This document shows positions 38,649 to 48,492 of a stretch of 64,000 nucleotides of DNA, in pieces. A program made the position numbers and the translations under genes. The notes beneath the pieces are model-generated. The model saw nothing but the letters and a program-made list of their open reading frames with translations, did not search any database and was not told the DNA's origin. The stretch's first letter is position 1; each line of letters opens with the position of its first letter. The stretch is from assembly GCA_963667725.2 (NCBI GenBank), contig CAXXHO010000003.1, positions 128,001 to 192,000 of the forward strand, written 5' to 3'. The stretch is from Treponemataceae bacterium. Its GTDB lineage: Bacteria > Spirochaetota > Spirochaetia > Treponematales > Rectinemataceae.

Positions 38649-40072
38649 TTGAAGAAAACTGGCTGTCTGAAGACGATCCGCATGAAGAATGCGGCGTCAT
38701 GGCCATTTACGCGCCGGGAAAGGACGCGTCAAGGCTCGCCTATTACGGGCTTTTCGCGCTTCAGCACAGAGGCCAGGAATCGGCCGGCATCGCCGCCTTC
38801 GACGGGAATGTAATCAACTCGAAGAAGAATCTGGGCTTGGTTTCCCAGGTGTTTTCCGAAGCCGACATCGAAAGCCTCGCGGGCAGCCTGGCCATCGGCC
38901 ATAACCGCTATTCGACGACGGGTTCCTCGAATGTGCGCAACGCGCAGCCCTTCATCATAGATTCCCGCCACGGACCCATAGCTCTCGCGCACAACGGCAA
39001 TATCGTCAACGCTGGCGAGATCCGCAAAAGGCTCCTGAACAAGGGCATCGGACTCACCTCGGCGAGCGACACCGAATTGATGATCATGGATCTCGCGGGA
39101 TCGGACAAGAAAGACTGGGTTTCGCGCATTCATTCCACCATGGCTTCCTGGGTGGGCGCTTTCTCATTCGTGGCCCTGACGCCGGACGGCGTTTTCGCCG
39201 CGAGAGATCCCTGGGGCTTAAGGCCGCTCGCCTATGGATTCACCGCGGAGAAAGCCTTCGTCGTCGCGTCCGAAACCTGCGCTCTCTCGACGCTGGGCTG
39301 CCATGAAATCCACGAAATAGAAGCTGGTCAGATCGTTTCGTGCAACGCGGCCGGAGCGGTAAAAATTTCGGACGCTCCGAAGAAGACGAAAAAGAAACGT
39401 CAGGCCTCCTGCGTCTTCGAATTCATCTATTTTTCCCGGCCGGACAGCGTATGGAACGGCCTTTCCGTCCATGAAGTGCGCAGGCGCTTCGGGGAGGAAC
39501 TGGCCAGAACTTCGCCCGTCGAAGCCGATCTCGTCATTCCCGTGCCTGATTCTTCCATTTCAGCGGCGATAGGCTATTCGGGAGCTTCCGGCATCCCCTA
39601 CGGCGAGGCCTTCGTAAAGAACCGTTATATAGGAAGGACTTTCATCGAACCCACAACCTTCCTTCGCAAGCGGGGCGTCTCCCTTAAGTTCAACGTTCTT
39701 CACGATTCCGTGAAAGGTAAAAGGATCATCGTCATAGACGATTCCATAGTGAGAGGCAACACGATACGACCTCTCGTCGCCCTCCTGAAAAATGCCGGGG
39801 CGAAGGAAGTCCATGTGCGGGTCGCGAGTCCCCCGGTGAAATATTCTTGCATGATGGGCGTCGACATGGGCCAGCGCCGCGAGCTGATCGCGAATATTCT
39901 CCCCATCGCCGAAATGGCCAAGTGGAGCGGCGCCGATTCGCTCTCCTACCTCTCGCTCGAATCGGTGGGCAAGGCCATCGGCGACATCGAGGACTATTGC
40001 ACCGCATGTTTTTCCGGGATCTATCCCTTCGACGTGGGGATCTCCGAATCCAAAGAAAGGTTCGAATTCTAA
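38645..40072 (+). CDS. purF: Amidophosphoribosyltransferase (propeptide, Fe-S type)
   Basis: EE/CG, LQHRGQE, GHNRYSTTG, DDSIVRGNT, CTACF. Confidence 0.96.
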   Translation: MIEENWLSEDDPHEECGVMAIYAPGKDASRLAYYGLFALQHRGQESAGIAAFDGNVINSKKNLGLVSQVFSEADIESLAGSLAIGHNRYSTTGSSNVRNAQPFIIDSRHGPIALAHNGNIVNAGEIRKRLLNKGIGLTSASDTELMIMDLAGSDKKDWVSRIHSTMASWVGAFSFVALTPDGVFAARDPWGLRPLAYGFTAEKAFVVASETCALSTLGCHEIHEIEAGQIVSCNAAGAVKISDAPKKTKKKRQASCVFEFIYFSRPDSVWNGLSVHEVRRRFGEELARTSPVEADLVIPVPDSSISAAIGYSGASGIPYGEAFVKNRYIGRTFIEPTTFLRKRGVSLKFNVLHDSVKGKRIIVIDDSIVRGNTIRPLVALLKNAGAKEVHVRVASPPVKYSCMMGVDMGQRRELIANILPIAEMAKWSGADSLSYLSLESVGKAIGDIEDYCTACFSGIYPFDVGISESKERFEF

Positions 40073-40091
40073 TGCCAGGAGTGAAGACCGC

Positions 40092-42461
40092 ATGAAAGTA
40101 CTTCTTGTCGGATCAGGCGCCAGGGAACATGCCCTCGCGTGGAAAATGAGCGCTTCGCCGCTCCTCGACGCCTTGTACTTCGCGCCGGGCAACGCGGGAA
40201 CCGCATTGTACGGCGCGAATGTGGATATCGGTCAGGGCGATGTGGATCGGCTTGCCGAATTCGCCGCGGCCAACGCCATCGATCTCGTCGTGATCGGCCC
40301 CGAACTGCCTCTCTCCCTCGGACTGGCGGATAAGCTCCAGTCGGCATCGGCTGGCGGGCCGCCTCTCTGTTTCGGTCCTTCATCGGCGGCGGCCAAGATA
40401 GAATCCTCGAAATCATTCTCCAAGGAATTCATGCGGAAATACGGCATTCCTACAGCCGATTTCAGGACGTTTTCCTCTTATGATGAAGCGCTCAACTTCG
40501 TTCGCGACGCGCCTTGGCCTTTCGTCATAAAGGCCTCGGGTCTCGCTTCCGGAAAGGGCGTTTTCCTTCCCGCGTCGCTGAAGGAAGCCGAAGAAGTCCT
40601 GGCCATGGTCATGAAGGAAAAGAAGTTGGGCGATGCCGGCGCCGAGGTCGTCATCGAAGAACGTCTGTCGGGCGAGGAAATCTCCATACTCGGATTCTGC
40701 GACGGTTCCAGCGTCAGCGTCATGCCGCCCGCGCAGGATCACAAAAGACTCCTGGAAAGCGATGCCGGACCGAATACGGGAGGCATGGGCGCGATCGCTT
40801 CGGCAAAAGCGGTTCCTTTCGGCCGTGCCCGCGACTTTGCCGACCTGTTTCTGAAACCCGCCTGTAAAGGCCTGGCCGCCGAGGGAAGTCCCTTCGTGGG
40901 CGTTTTATACGCGGGGATCATTCTCACCGAGGATGGACCCAAGGTTCTCGAATACAATTGCCGCTTCGGCGACCCTGAAACGGAAGCGATACTCCCTCTG
41001 CTCGAATCGGATATCGTCGAAATTTTCGACGCATGCGCCAGGGGCCGCCTTGGCGATATGAAGATCGATTGGGCGGACAAGGCCGCGGCCTGCGTCATCA
41101 TCGCTTCCGATAGTTATGCGACCGATGTCCACGACGACAGCCAGCGGGAAGTGAAGGATTTCGGCGGCAGTCCCAATTCCGTTCTCTTCCACGCGGCGAC
41201 CCATCGTATAGGCGACGGAAGGGTGATGGCCGCCGGCGGAAGACTTCTCTGCGCCTCGGCCTGGGCGGATTCGGTGGATGAAGCGCTCGAGGAAGCCTAT
41301 GCCAGAGTAGCGCGCGTCGAGGTCCCGTTTTCGCGGTACAGAAAAGATATCGGCCGGGGCAAAACCTTCCTGATGCTCAACGAGCTCGGCGGATCGGCCG
41401 CGACTTTCGCGTCGGCCGCGTCATACGCGTCGGCCGGCGTCGATATCGACGCCGGGGACAGAGCCGTCGAGCTCATGAGCGCCGCCGTAAAATCCACCTA
41501 CGGGCCGGAAGTGCTCGCGGGCATCGGTTCCTTCGGCGGCATGTACGACGCGTCCGCCCTCAAGACGATGGACGATCCCGTGCTTGTCTCCTCCACCGAC
41601 GGCGTCGGCACGAAGGTGAAGCTGGCTGCCTTCAGGAAAAGCTATGAAAGCATAGGCCAGGATATAGTCAATCACTGCATCGACGACATTCTGGTGCAGG
41701 GGGCGAGGCCACTGTTTTTCCTGGACTACATCGCCACCTCGAAGCTCGATCCCTCGATGATCGCCGAAGCCGTCGGCGGGATGGCCAAGGCTTGCAGGGA
41801 ATCGGGCTGTGCCCTCATCGGCGGCGAGACCGCCGAGATGCCCGGCGTCTATATGCCGAATGAATTCGACGTAGCCGGCGCCATCATCGGACTCGCCGAA
41901 AAAAAACGGATGCTCCCGCTCAAGACGATGCGCGCCGGGGATCTTCTCCTCGGCTTTCCCTCGAGCGGACCGCATACGAACGGCTTTTCCCTGGTGAGGA
42001 AGATTTTTTCCGAAAAAGAATTCGGCGGCTACGCCGAAATCCTGGGTCGGCCTCTGTCGGAAGCTCTTCTCGCGCCGCATCGCTCCTACCTGCCTGTCCT
42101 CTGGCCCGTTCTTGAAAAGGGGCCGGGGCTCATCAAGGCGCTTGCCCATATCACCGGCGCCGGATTCGAAGGCAACGTGCCCCGAATACTGCCGCCTGAT
42201 CTCGATGCCCATATAAGGATGGATTCCTGGCCCATGCCCCCGCTGTTCCGCCTGATCATGGGAAAGGGCGGTATCGACGAGCTGGAAATGTACAGAGTAT
42301 TCAATATGGGCATCGGGATGGTGGCCGTCGCGGCCCCGGCCGACGTGGATGCCATCGCCCGCCTCTCGGGCAATCCTTTCTTCGTCATCGGCGAACTGAA
42401 GCCTGGCTCCGGATTGGCGGTCATGGAAAAATGCGCCGATAAAGCGCGGGGCCGAGCGTGA
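40092..42461 (+). CDS. purD: Fused GAR synthetase / AIR synthetase (PurD-PurM)
   Basis: N-terminal GSGAREHAL, QDHKR, GPNTGGMG, EYNCRFGDPE; C-terminal YASAGVDI, TDGVGTK, GGETAEMPG, HTNGFS, FNMGIGM. Confidence 0.95.
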   Translation: MKVLLVGSGAREHALAWKMSASPLLDALYFAPGNAGTALYGANVDIGQGDVDRLAEFAAANAIDLVVIGPELPLSLGLADKLQSASAGGPPLCFGPSSAAAKIESSKSFSKEFMRKYGIPTADFRTFSSYDEALNFVRDAPWPFVIKASGLASGKGVFLPASLKEAEEVLAMVMKEKKLGDAGAEVVIEERLSGEEISILGFCDGSSVSVMPPAQDHKRLLESDAGPNTGGMGAIASAKAVPFGRARDFADLFLKPACKGLAAEGSPFVGVLYAGIILTEDGPKVLEYNCRFGDPETEAILPLLESDIVEIFDACARGRLGDMKIDWADKAAACVIIASDSYATDVHDDSQREVKDFGGSPNSVLFHAATHRIGDGRVMAAGGRLLCASAWADSVDEALEEAYARVARVEVPFSRYRKDIGRGKTFLMLNELGGSAATFASAASYASAGVDIDAGDRAVELMSAAVKSTYGPEVLAGIGSFGGMYDASALKTMDDPVLVSSTDGVGTKVKLAAFRKSYESIGQDIVNHCIDDILVQGARPLFFLDYIATSKLDPSMIAEAVGGMAKACRESGCALIGGETAEMPGVYMPNEFDVAGAIIGLAEKKRMLPLKTMRAGDLLLGFPSSGPHTNGFSLVRKIFSEKEFGGYAEILGRPLSEALLAPHRSYLPVLWPVLEKGPGLIKALAHITGAGFEGNVPRILPPDLDAHIRMDSWPMPPLFRLIMGKGGIDELEMYRVFNMGIGMVAVAAPADVDAIARLSGNPFFVIGELKPGSGLAVMEKCADKARGRA

Positions 42462-43114
42462 GCCAGCCGCGCGAAACGCGCTTCGTCGTGATGGTGTCGG
42501 GCAACGGCTCCAATCTGCAAGCGTTGATCGACGTCATCGAAAAAGGCGAACTGAAGGCCTCCATCGTCCTCGTGGTCTCCTCGGATCCAGAAGCCTACGC
42601 GCTGCGGCGCGCGGAAAGGGCCGGAATCCCGTCCATCGTCCTGCAGTACAGGCGCGATCCGAAGCTCGAGAAAGAAGCCTCGCGCAGGGCTTATGACAGA
42701 ATGCTCGCCGAGACTATCACGCCATATAAGGCCGACTACATATTTCTCCTCGGGTGGATGCGCATCCTGAGCGCCGAATTCACGACGAAATTTCCCGGCG
42801 GAATCGTCAACCTGCATCCGGCGCTTCCGGGCATGTTTCCCGGAACCCACGCCATCGAAAGAGCCTGGGACGCCTGCGCCAGGGGAGAAATCATTGAGTC
42901 GGGCGTCATGACCCATTTCGTCCCGGACGAATGCGTCGATGCCGGTCCCGTGATCGCTTTCGAGCGTGTAGCGATGGACAGGACTGAGACCCTCGACGTC
43001 TTCGAGAAAAGGATGCACGATACTGAACATCTTCTTGTCCCGCGAACGGCCGGGATACTCGGCTCGATTTCTTCCGGACAGAGAAAGGAGACTGAAGAAT
43101 GCCCCAGGCAATAA
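42458..43114 (+). CDS. purN: GAR transformylase
   Basis: SGNGSNLQA, GWMRILS, NLHPALP, VDAGP; GTGA overlap with the purDM stop. Confidence 0.94.
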   Translation: MSQPRETRFVVMVSGNGSNLQALIDVIEKGELKASIVLVVSSDPEAYALRRAERAGIPSIVLQYRRDPKLEKEASRRAYDRMLAETITPYKADYIFLLGWMRILSAEFTTKFPGGIVNLHPALPGMFPGTHAIERAWDACARGEIIESGVMTHFVPDECVDAGPVIAFERVAMDRTETLDVFEKRMHDTEHLLVPRTAGILGSISSGQRKETEECPRQ

Positions 43115-44640
43115 TTTCCGTTTATGACAAGACCGGCCTCGTCGAATTCGCCGGGAAGCTGTCGAAGTTGGGTTGGTCCATTCTCGCTTCCGGAGGCACG
43201 GCCAAGGCCTTGCGTGACGCAAGAATCGCCGTTGAGGAAATCGCCGACTACACCGCCGCGCCCGAGATTCTGGGCGGCAGGGTAAAAACCCTCCATCCCG
43301 CCGTGCATGGCGGCATTCTCGCGCGCGCCGCGGGCAAGGACCTCGATGAAATCCGGGAGCTGGGATACAAGGCCGTCGACCTCGTCGTCGTGAATCTTTA
43401 CCCCTTCGAAAAGACGGTGGCCGATCCAGCCTGCGGCCGCTCCGACGCCATCGAGCAGATCGATATCGGAGGCGTGGCGCTGATCAGGGCGGGCGCGAAA
43501 AATCACGAGCGTGTAACCGTCCTCTGCGATATCGCCGACTATGAACCCGTGCTGAGCGAGCTCGAAACCGCCGGTTCCGTTTCGGAAGCAACCAGGAGAA
43601 GCCTCGCCGCCAAAGCCTTCGCGAAGACGGCTGCGTACGATGCGGCCATAGCGGCCTGGCTCGCGGACCAGGCGAAATCGGCCGGCTCGAATGCGGCGGC
43701 ACCGTTTTTTACGCTCAGCGGCTGGAAAGCCCAGGATCTCCGTTACGGGGAAAATCCCCACCAGAGCGCCGAACTCTATGCCTTCGAGAAAGGGAAGGGT
43801 CCGCTCGGCGGCTGTATCCTCCAGGGCAAGGAATTGTCCTACAACAATATCCTGGACCTGGACGCGGCATGGCATGCCGTTGGCCGATTCCGGAACCCGG
43901 CCGTCGTCGTGGTGAAGCATCTCTCCCCCTGCGGCATAGCGGAAGCGGAAAGCGCGGACGCGGCCTGTCTCCACGAAGTCCTGGAGCGGGCCATCGCCAG
44001 CGATCCCACATCAGCCTACGGCGGAGTAATAGCGGTCAACGCTGTTTTCACGGCTGACTGCGTCAGAAGCCTCGGCAAGCTTTTCGCCGAGTGCATCGCC
44101 GCCCCGGGATTCGACGACGAGGCCCTGGAGCTTCTCGCCAAGAAGAAAAACCTCAGGCTCGTCATCCCGGGAAAAGGAATCCAGAGCGTGGAGATAAGGA
44201 CGGTGCTTGGCGGATTTCTACGCCAGGATATCGACGCGGGCGATCCCGAGGAGACAGAATGGAAAACCGTTTCCAGGCGCGCTCCGACTGAAACGGAGTT
44301 GCGCGATCTCCGCTTCGCGTGGAAGGCCTGCATGTCCGTAAAATCCAACGCCATCGTGTTCGCCAAGGGCTGCGCGACGGTGGGTATAGGCGGCGGCCAG
44401 CCCAACAGGGTGGATTCGGTGCGCATCGCCGCCCAGAGGGCGGGCGCGAAGGCCGCGGGTTCGGTGCTTGCTTCCGACGCGTTTTTCCCGTTTCCGGATT
44501 CCATCGAGGAAGCCGCGAGGGCCGGCATTACGGCCGTCGCCCATCCCGGCGGTTCCATCAGGGACGCCGAATCCATAGATGCGGCGGACAGAGCGGGCAT
44601 CGCGATGGTGCTCGTCGGCGTCCGCCATTTTAGACATTAA
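43099..44640 (+). CDS. purH: AICAR transformylase / IMP cyclohydrolase
   Basis: SVYDKTG, GRVKTLHP, IDIGG, RYGENPHQ, SNAI, ASDAFFPF, RHFRH. Confidence 0.96.
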   Translation: MPQAIISVYDKTGLVEFAGKLSKLGWSILASGGTAKALRDARIAVEEIADYTAAPEILGGRVKTLHPAVHGGILARAAGKDLDEIRELGYKAVDLVVVNLYPFEKTVADPACGRSDAIEQIDIGGVALIRAGAKNHERVTVLCDIADYEPVLSELETAGSVSEATRRSLAAKAFAKTAAYDAAIAAWLADQAKSAGSNAAAPFFTLSGWKAQDLRYGENPHQSAELYAFEKGKGPLGGCILQGKELSYNNILDLDAAWHAVGRFRNPAVVVVKHLSPCGIAEAESADAACLHEVLERAIASDPTSAYGGVIAVNAVFTADCVRSLGKLFAECIAAPGFDDEALELLAKKKNLRLVIPGKGIQSVEIRTVLGGFLRQDIDAGDPEETEWKTVSRRAPTETELRDLRFAWKACMSVKSNAIVFAKGCATVGIGGGQPNRVDSVRIAAQRAGAKAAGSVLASDAFFPFPDSIEEAARAGITAVAHPGGSIRDAESIDAADRAGIAMVLVGVRHFRH

Positions 44641-44707
44641 TACAGAGACGCTTGTATCGTCGCGACAAGCGACATTACAGGCAATGTTACGAGCGGAGGA
44701 TAAACAG

Positions 44708-46189
44708 ATGAACGAAGAGATTTTCAAATCCAGCACGGCCCTGACTTTTGACGATGTGCTCATCGTGCCGGCATACAGCGAGATTCTGCCGGCCTATATC
44801 GACACGAAAGTGCGCATAGCGCGCGACCTCACCCTCAACATACCGCTTCTCTCGGCGGCGATGGATACGGTCACAGAGTCCGCTCTCGCGATCGCCCTGG
44901 CCAGGATGGGCGGAATGGGCGTCATCCACAGAAACATGTCTCCCGAGCAGCAGGCCGGAGAAGTGGACAAGGTTAAGCGATCCGAATCGGGCATGATTCT
45001 GGATCCCGTATGCCTTGAAAAGGAAGCTTCCCTCTCCGAAGCCCGCGAACTCATGCAGAAATTCCGGATCTCGGGCATCCCCATCACGAGCGGACCCGAG
45101 AAAAAACTCGTGGGAATACTCACCAACAGGGATATCCGCTTCTGCGCCGCGGAGGATTACGACAAGCCCGTGAGCAGCTTCATGACGAGCGAGCGGCTGA
45201 TCACCGCCAGGGTGGGCACGACGCTCGAGCAAGCCAGGAACATACTCCAGGAACACCGCATAGAAAAGCTGCCCCTGACCGACGAAAAAGGCAGGCTCAA
45301 GGGCCTCATCACGGTGAAGGACATAGCCAAAAAGGCCGACTACCCCAATGCCGCCCTCGATTCCTCCGGCCGCCTTCGCGTGGCGGCGGCTGTGGGCGTG
45401 GGCGCCGACCTGGAGCGGCGTGTCGATCTTCTCGTGTCCAAGAAGGTCGATGCCCTCATCATCGATACGGCCCATGGCCATTCCAAAGGAGTCATCGAGG
45501 CCATAAAGAGAATCAGGGCGCTCGCGCCCGAGCTACCCGTCATCGCGGGCAACGTGGTGACGGCCGAAGGCGTGGAGGCCCTGGCCAAGGCGGGCGCTGA
45601 CGCCGTGAAAATCGGCGTGGGCGCGGGCTCCATCTGCACCACCCGCATCATCTCCGGGGCGGGCATGCCCCAGCTCTCCGCCATCTACCACTGCGCCAAG
45701 GCCGCCGAAGGGTTCGGCATTCCCGTGATCGCCGACGGCGGCATCAAGTTTTCCGGCGACATGGTCAAATCGATAGCGGCGGGAGCCCATGCCATCATGC
45801 TCGGCAACCTTCTCGCCGGCCTCGAGGAGTCGCCCGGCGAACTCGTCCTCTACAACGGCAGACAGTACAAGACCTACCGCGGCATGGGCTCGCTCGCCGC
45901 CCTCCAGGGTTACGGCAAGGACCGCTACGCGACCGGCATCGGCGCCTCGGACAAGCTCGTTCCCGAGGGCGTGGAGGGCATGATTCCCTACAAAGGCAAG
46001 CTTGCGGACTTCGTCTATCAGCTGATAGGAGGCCTGAGATCGGGCTGCGGTTACGCCGGCGCCGGCTGTCTCGAAGACCTGCGCACCAAGACTCGCCTCA
46101 CCAGAATCACGAACGCGGGGCTAATCGAAAGCCACGCGCACAACATAACCATCACGAGGGAAGCCCCCAACTACCAGCGCGGCGAGTGA
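44708..46189 (+). CDS. guaB: IMP dehydrogenase
   Basis: [19 protein letters not shown] pair, GSICTTR, ADGG, YRGMGS; GGAGG RBS. Confidence 0.96.
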   Translation: MNEEIFKSSTALTFDDVLIVPAYSEILPAYIDTKVRIARDLTLNIPLLSAAMDTVTESALAIALARMGGMGVIHRNMSPEQQAGEVDKVKRSESGMILDPVCLEKEASLSEARELMQKFRISGIPITSGPEKKLVGILTNRDIRFCAAEDYDKPVSSFMTSERLITARVGTTLEQARNILQEHRIEKLPLTDEKGRLKGLITVKDIAKKADYPNAALDSSGRLRVAAAVGVGADLERRVDLLVSKKVDALIIDTAHGHSKGVIEAIKRIRALAPELPVIAGNVVTAEGVEALAKAGADAVKIGVGAGSICTTRIISGAGMPQLSAIYHCAKAAEGFGIPVIADGGIKFSGDMVKSIAAGAHAIMLGNLLAGLEESPGELVLYNGRQYKTYRGMGSLAALQGYGKDRYATGIGASDKLVPEGVEGMIPYKGKLADFVYQLIGGLRSGCGYAGAGCLEDLRTKTRLTRITNAGLIESHAHNITITREAPNYQRGE

Positions 46190-46298
46190 CCGCGGGCTTC
46201 CTCCGCCGTTTAATTTTGTTCGAGAATGGATAATCGTTGATTGCGGCGATATACTTCCGATAAAGAATATAGGGATTCTTCCGTATCAAGGAGTTGTC

Positions 46299-46940
46299 AT
46301 GATCGATTTTATAGTAATGGGCGGAGTGGTGTTATGGGTCATCATGGCTCTTTCCGTCGTTGCCTGCGTCATCATCATCGAAAGATTGATATACCTTCGC
46401 CGCATTTCCGGCGATGAAAACAAGCTCTTTATCAGAATCAAAGCCAGCCTCCTTGAGGGACATTACAACGAGGCTCTGTCCATCTGCGACCAGAATCTTT
46501 CGCCCTTTTCTTCCTTACTCAAGACGGGGATCGAGAATCGCCACCAGCCCGAACAGGTTCAGCGCGACATTCTGAAGGACGCGGCGGCCCTTGAAGCGCC
46601 GACCCTCGAAAAGGGTCTTTCCGCTCTCGGCACCATCGGCACGATATCCCCGCTCCTCGGCCTCCTCGGCACCGTGACGGGCACGATGAAAGCCTTCGGC
46701 GTGCTCGGCAAATTCGGCGCCGTCAGCGATCCTTCGGCGCTGGCCTCCGGAGTCTCCGAAGCCCTCATCACCACGGTCGGCGGCATTGTCGTCGCCGTGC
46801 CGGTAATCATTTTCTTCAATTATTTCGTCAACCGCGTGAATCTGATCCTCACCATGCTGGAAAACAGAGTCAACACTCTCGTGATGCTGATCAACGCGGG
46901 CAACGGCCTCTCTAAAAAGAGCGATTCGGAGGAAGAATGA
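46299..46940 (+). CDS. exbB: MotA/TolQ/ExbB proton-channel protein
   Basis: SPLLGLLGTVTG, GVSEALITT; three TM helices. Confidence 0.88.
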   Translation: MIDFIVMGGVVLWVIMALSVVACVIIIERLIYLRRISGDENKLFIRIKASLLEGHYNEALSICDQNLSPFSSLLKTGIENRHQPEQVQRDILKDAAALEAPTLEKGLSALGTIGTISPLLGLLGTVTGTMKAFGVLGKFGAVSDPSALASGVSEALITTVGGIVVAVPVIIFFNYFVNRVNLILTMLENRVNTLVMLINAGNGLSKKSDSEEE

Positions 46941-47350
46941 GCACACGACGTCTGTCGCCGAAAATCGGCGTCGATATGACGCCGCTCATCGATGTAATCC
47001 TGCAACTCATCATATTTTTCATGATCACCACCACGTTCAGGGCGGCCCCCGGCATTTCCCTGGACCTGCCCGGTTCCAGGACGGCCCAGTCCGTTTCTTC
47101 GTCGGCCCTCCATGTCGTGGTGATGACGGAAAACGAAATTTACGTCGAGAAGACGAGAACCAACCTCGAAGGCCTTCCCGCCGTCCTTAAGCAGCGGGTG
47201 TCCGGCTCCGATTCCAGCAGCGTCAGGGCCGTGCTCGAGGGCAGATCGAGCGCGTCGTATCAGCTCATCATCTCCGTCCTGGACGCGTTCAGGATGAACG
47301 GCATCGAAAATGTCGGCCTCATCACAAGGAAGGAGAAGACGGTTCGATGA
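46937..47350 (+). CDS. exbD: ExbD/TolR protein
   Basis: DMTPLIDVILQLIIFFM. Confidence 0.9.
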   Translation: MSTRRLSPKIGVDMTPLIDVILQLIIFFMITTTFRAAPGISLDLPGSRTAQSVSSSALHVVVMTENEIYVEKTRTNLEGLPAVLKQRVSGSDSSSVRAVLEGRSSASYQLIISVLDAFRMNGIENVGLITRKEKTVR

Positions 47351-48492
47351 AGTCCCCATTGAGCTATGCCGAACAGCAGGAGAAGAAACGCAAAGCGCTC
47401 TCGGTCGGCATAACCTTCGGGCTCTATGGCCTGACCCTGGCCGTGGGCATCGTTTTGAGCATTCTCAATCCTCAGGAGCAGAATTTCTCCAATACCACGG
47501 TCGTCATAAATCTGGACGGTCCCGTCATGAACCAGATCGGGCTTGGCTCGACGAACCCTTCCGAGAAGGGCGAGGAAGCGACGGTAGCCGAACCTACGGT
47601 GCCCGTGAAGACTCCTGAGGTTAAGAAAACCGTTGACGAACCCAAGGCGATGATTCCCGAACAGGCGGCCGTGAAACCCCTGGCCAAACCGGCCCCGACC
47701 CCGACGCCCCCTAAAGCGGCGGCCAAAGTCGAGACGGCTTCGGCGGTCCCGGCACCGGAACAGCCCAAGGTCGCCGAGACGCCTGGCGCATCCTCGGAGC
47801 CGCTTCCCGAAGTTACGCCGCCCGGATTGGTCGCCTCGGCGCCCGAAGAAACGCCTGTCACTCCCTGGGTTCCAGGCCAGCGCGATCCCGGTTCCCATAT
47901 AAGTTCGACCAATTCCATGCTCTTCGTGCCGGGAAAAGGCGAAGTCCCCTGGACGGGGAGCCAGATGACCATACGCAAATCGGAAAAGGGCAGCGCTTCG
48001 GAAACGACCCTTGGAGGGGCCCAGGGAACGGTAGGCCAGAACCTTTACGTCCCTATCTATTACAGCTTCCCCTTGCCAAAAACGGTGCCGGCCTCGATCT
48101 ATAACGCCATTCCCAACCTCACGCAATCGCCCAACGTCATCATCTATTCAGCTCAGGCTAGAAAGAAAGCTTTCACCTCGTATTATGAATTCGACGGCTC
48201 CGCCTATCGGCTCAAGACGGACGTTCCTCTCGACCAGCGCGAACCGCTATGGCAGATACTTGAAGATGCCGGTTATAACGTGGCCGACGCCGATTTTAAA
48301 AAGGGCAGGAACCTGTCGCCCGTGGTCATCGTGTTCACCGTCACGAACAACAATCAGATAAAAGGCGCCGAGATTTATCAGTCCACCGGTGATCCCGAAA
48401 TGGATAGAGCCGCGCTGAACGGATTCAAGAGAGGAATGTACTGGAACAAGACGGGCGAGACGGTGCCCGGCCGCTTTACGTATCGATTCTAG
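47347..48492 (+). CDS. TonB-like energy transducer
   Basis: N-terminal TM helix, Pro/Ala-rich linker, C-terminal VVIVFTV..QSTGDPEMDRAAL TonB_C-like motif; follows exbBD. Confidence 0.7.
   Translation: MKSPLSYAEQQEKKRKALSVGITFGLYGLTLAVGIVLSILNPQEQNFSNTTVVINLDGPVMNQIGLGSTNPSEKGEEATVAEPTVPVKTPEVKKTVDEPKAMIPEQAAVKPLAKPAPTPTPPKAAAKVETASAVPAPEQPKVAETPGASSEPLPEVTPPGLVASAPEETPVTPWVPGQRDPGSHISSTNSMLFVPGKGEVPWTGSQMTIRKSEKGSASETTLGGAQGTVGQNLYVPIYYSFPLPKTVPASIYNAIPNLTQSPNVIIYSAQARKKAFTSYYEFDGSAYRLKTDVPLDQREPLWQILEDAGYNVADADFKKGRNLSPVVIVFTVTNNNQIKGAEIYQSTGDPEMDRAALNGFKRGMYWNKTGETVPGRFTYRF

Noticed and set aside
46222..46245. Fur-box-like GAGAATGGATAATCGTTG before exbB
   Set aside because: Spacing and symmetry deviate from GATAATGATAATCATTATC; too weak to call.
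46299..47350. Zorya ZorAB or flagellar MotAB
   Set aside because: The partner is ExbD-type with no OmpA-like domain, there is no long ZorA tail, and a TonB-like gene follows.
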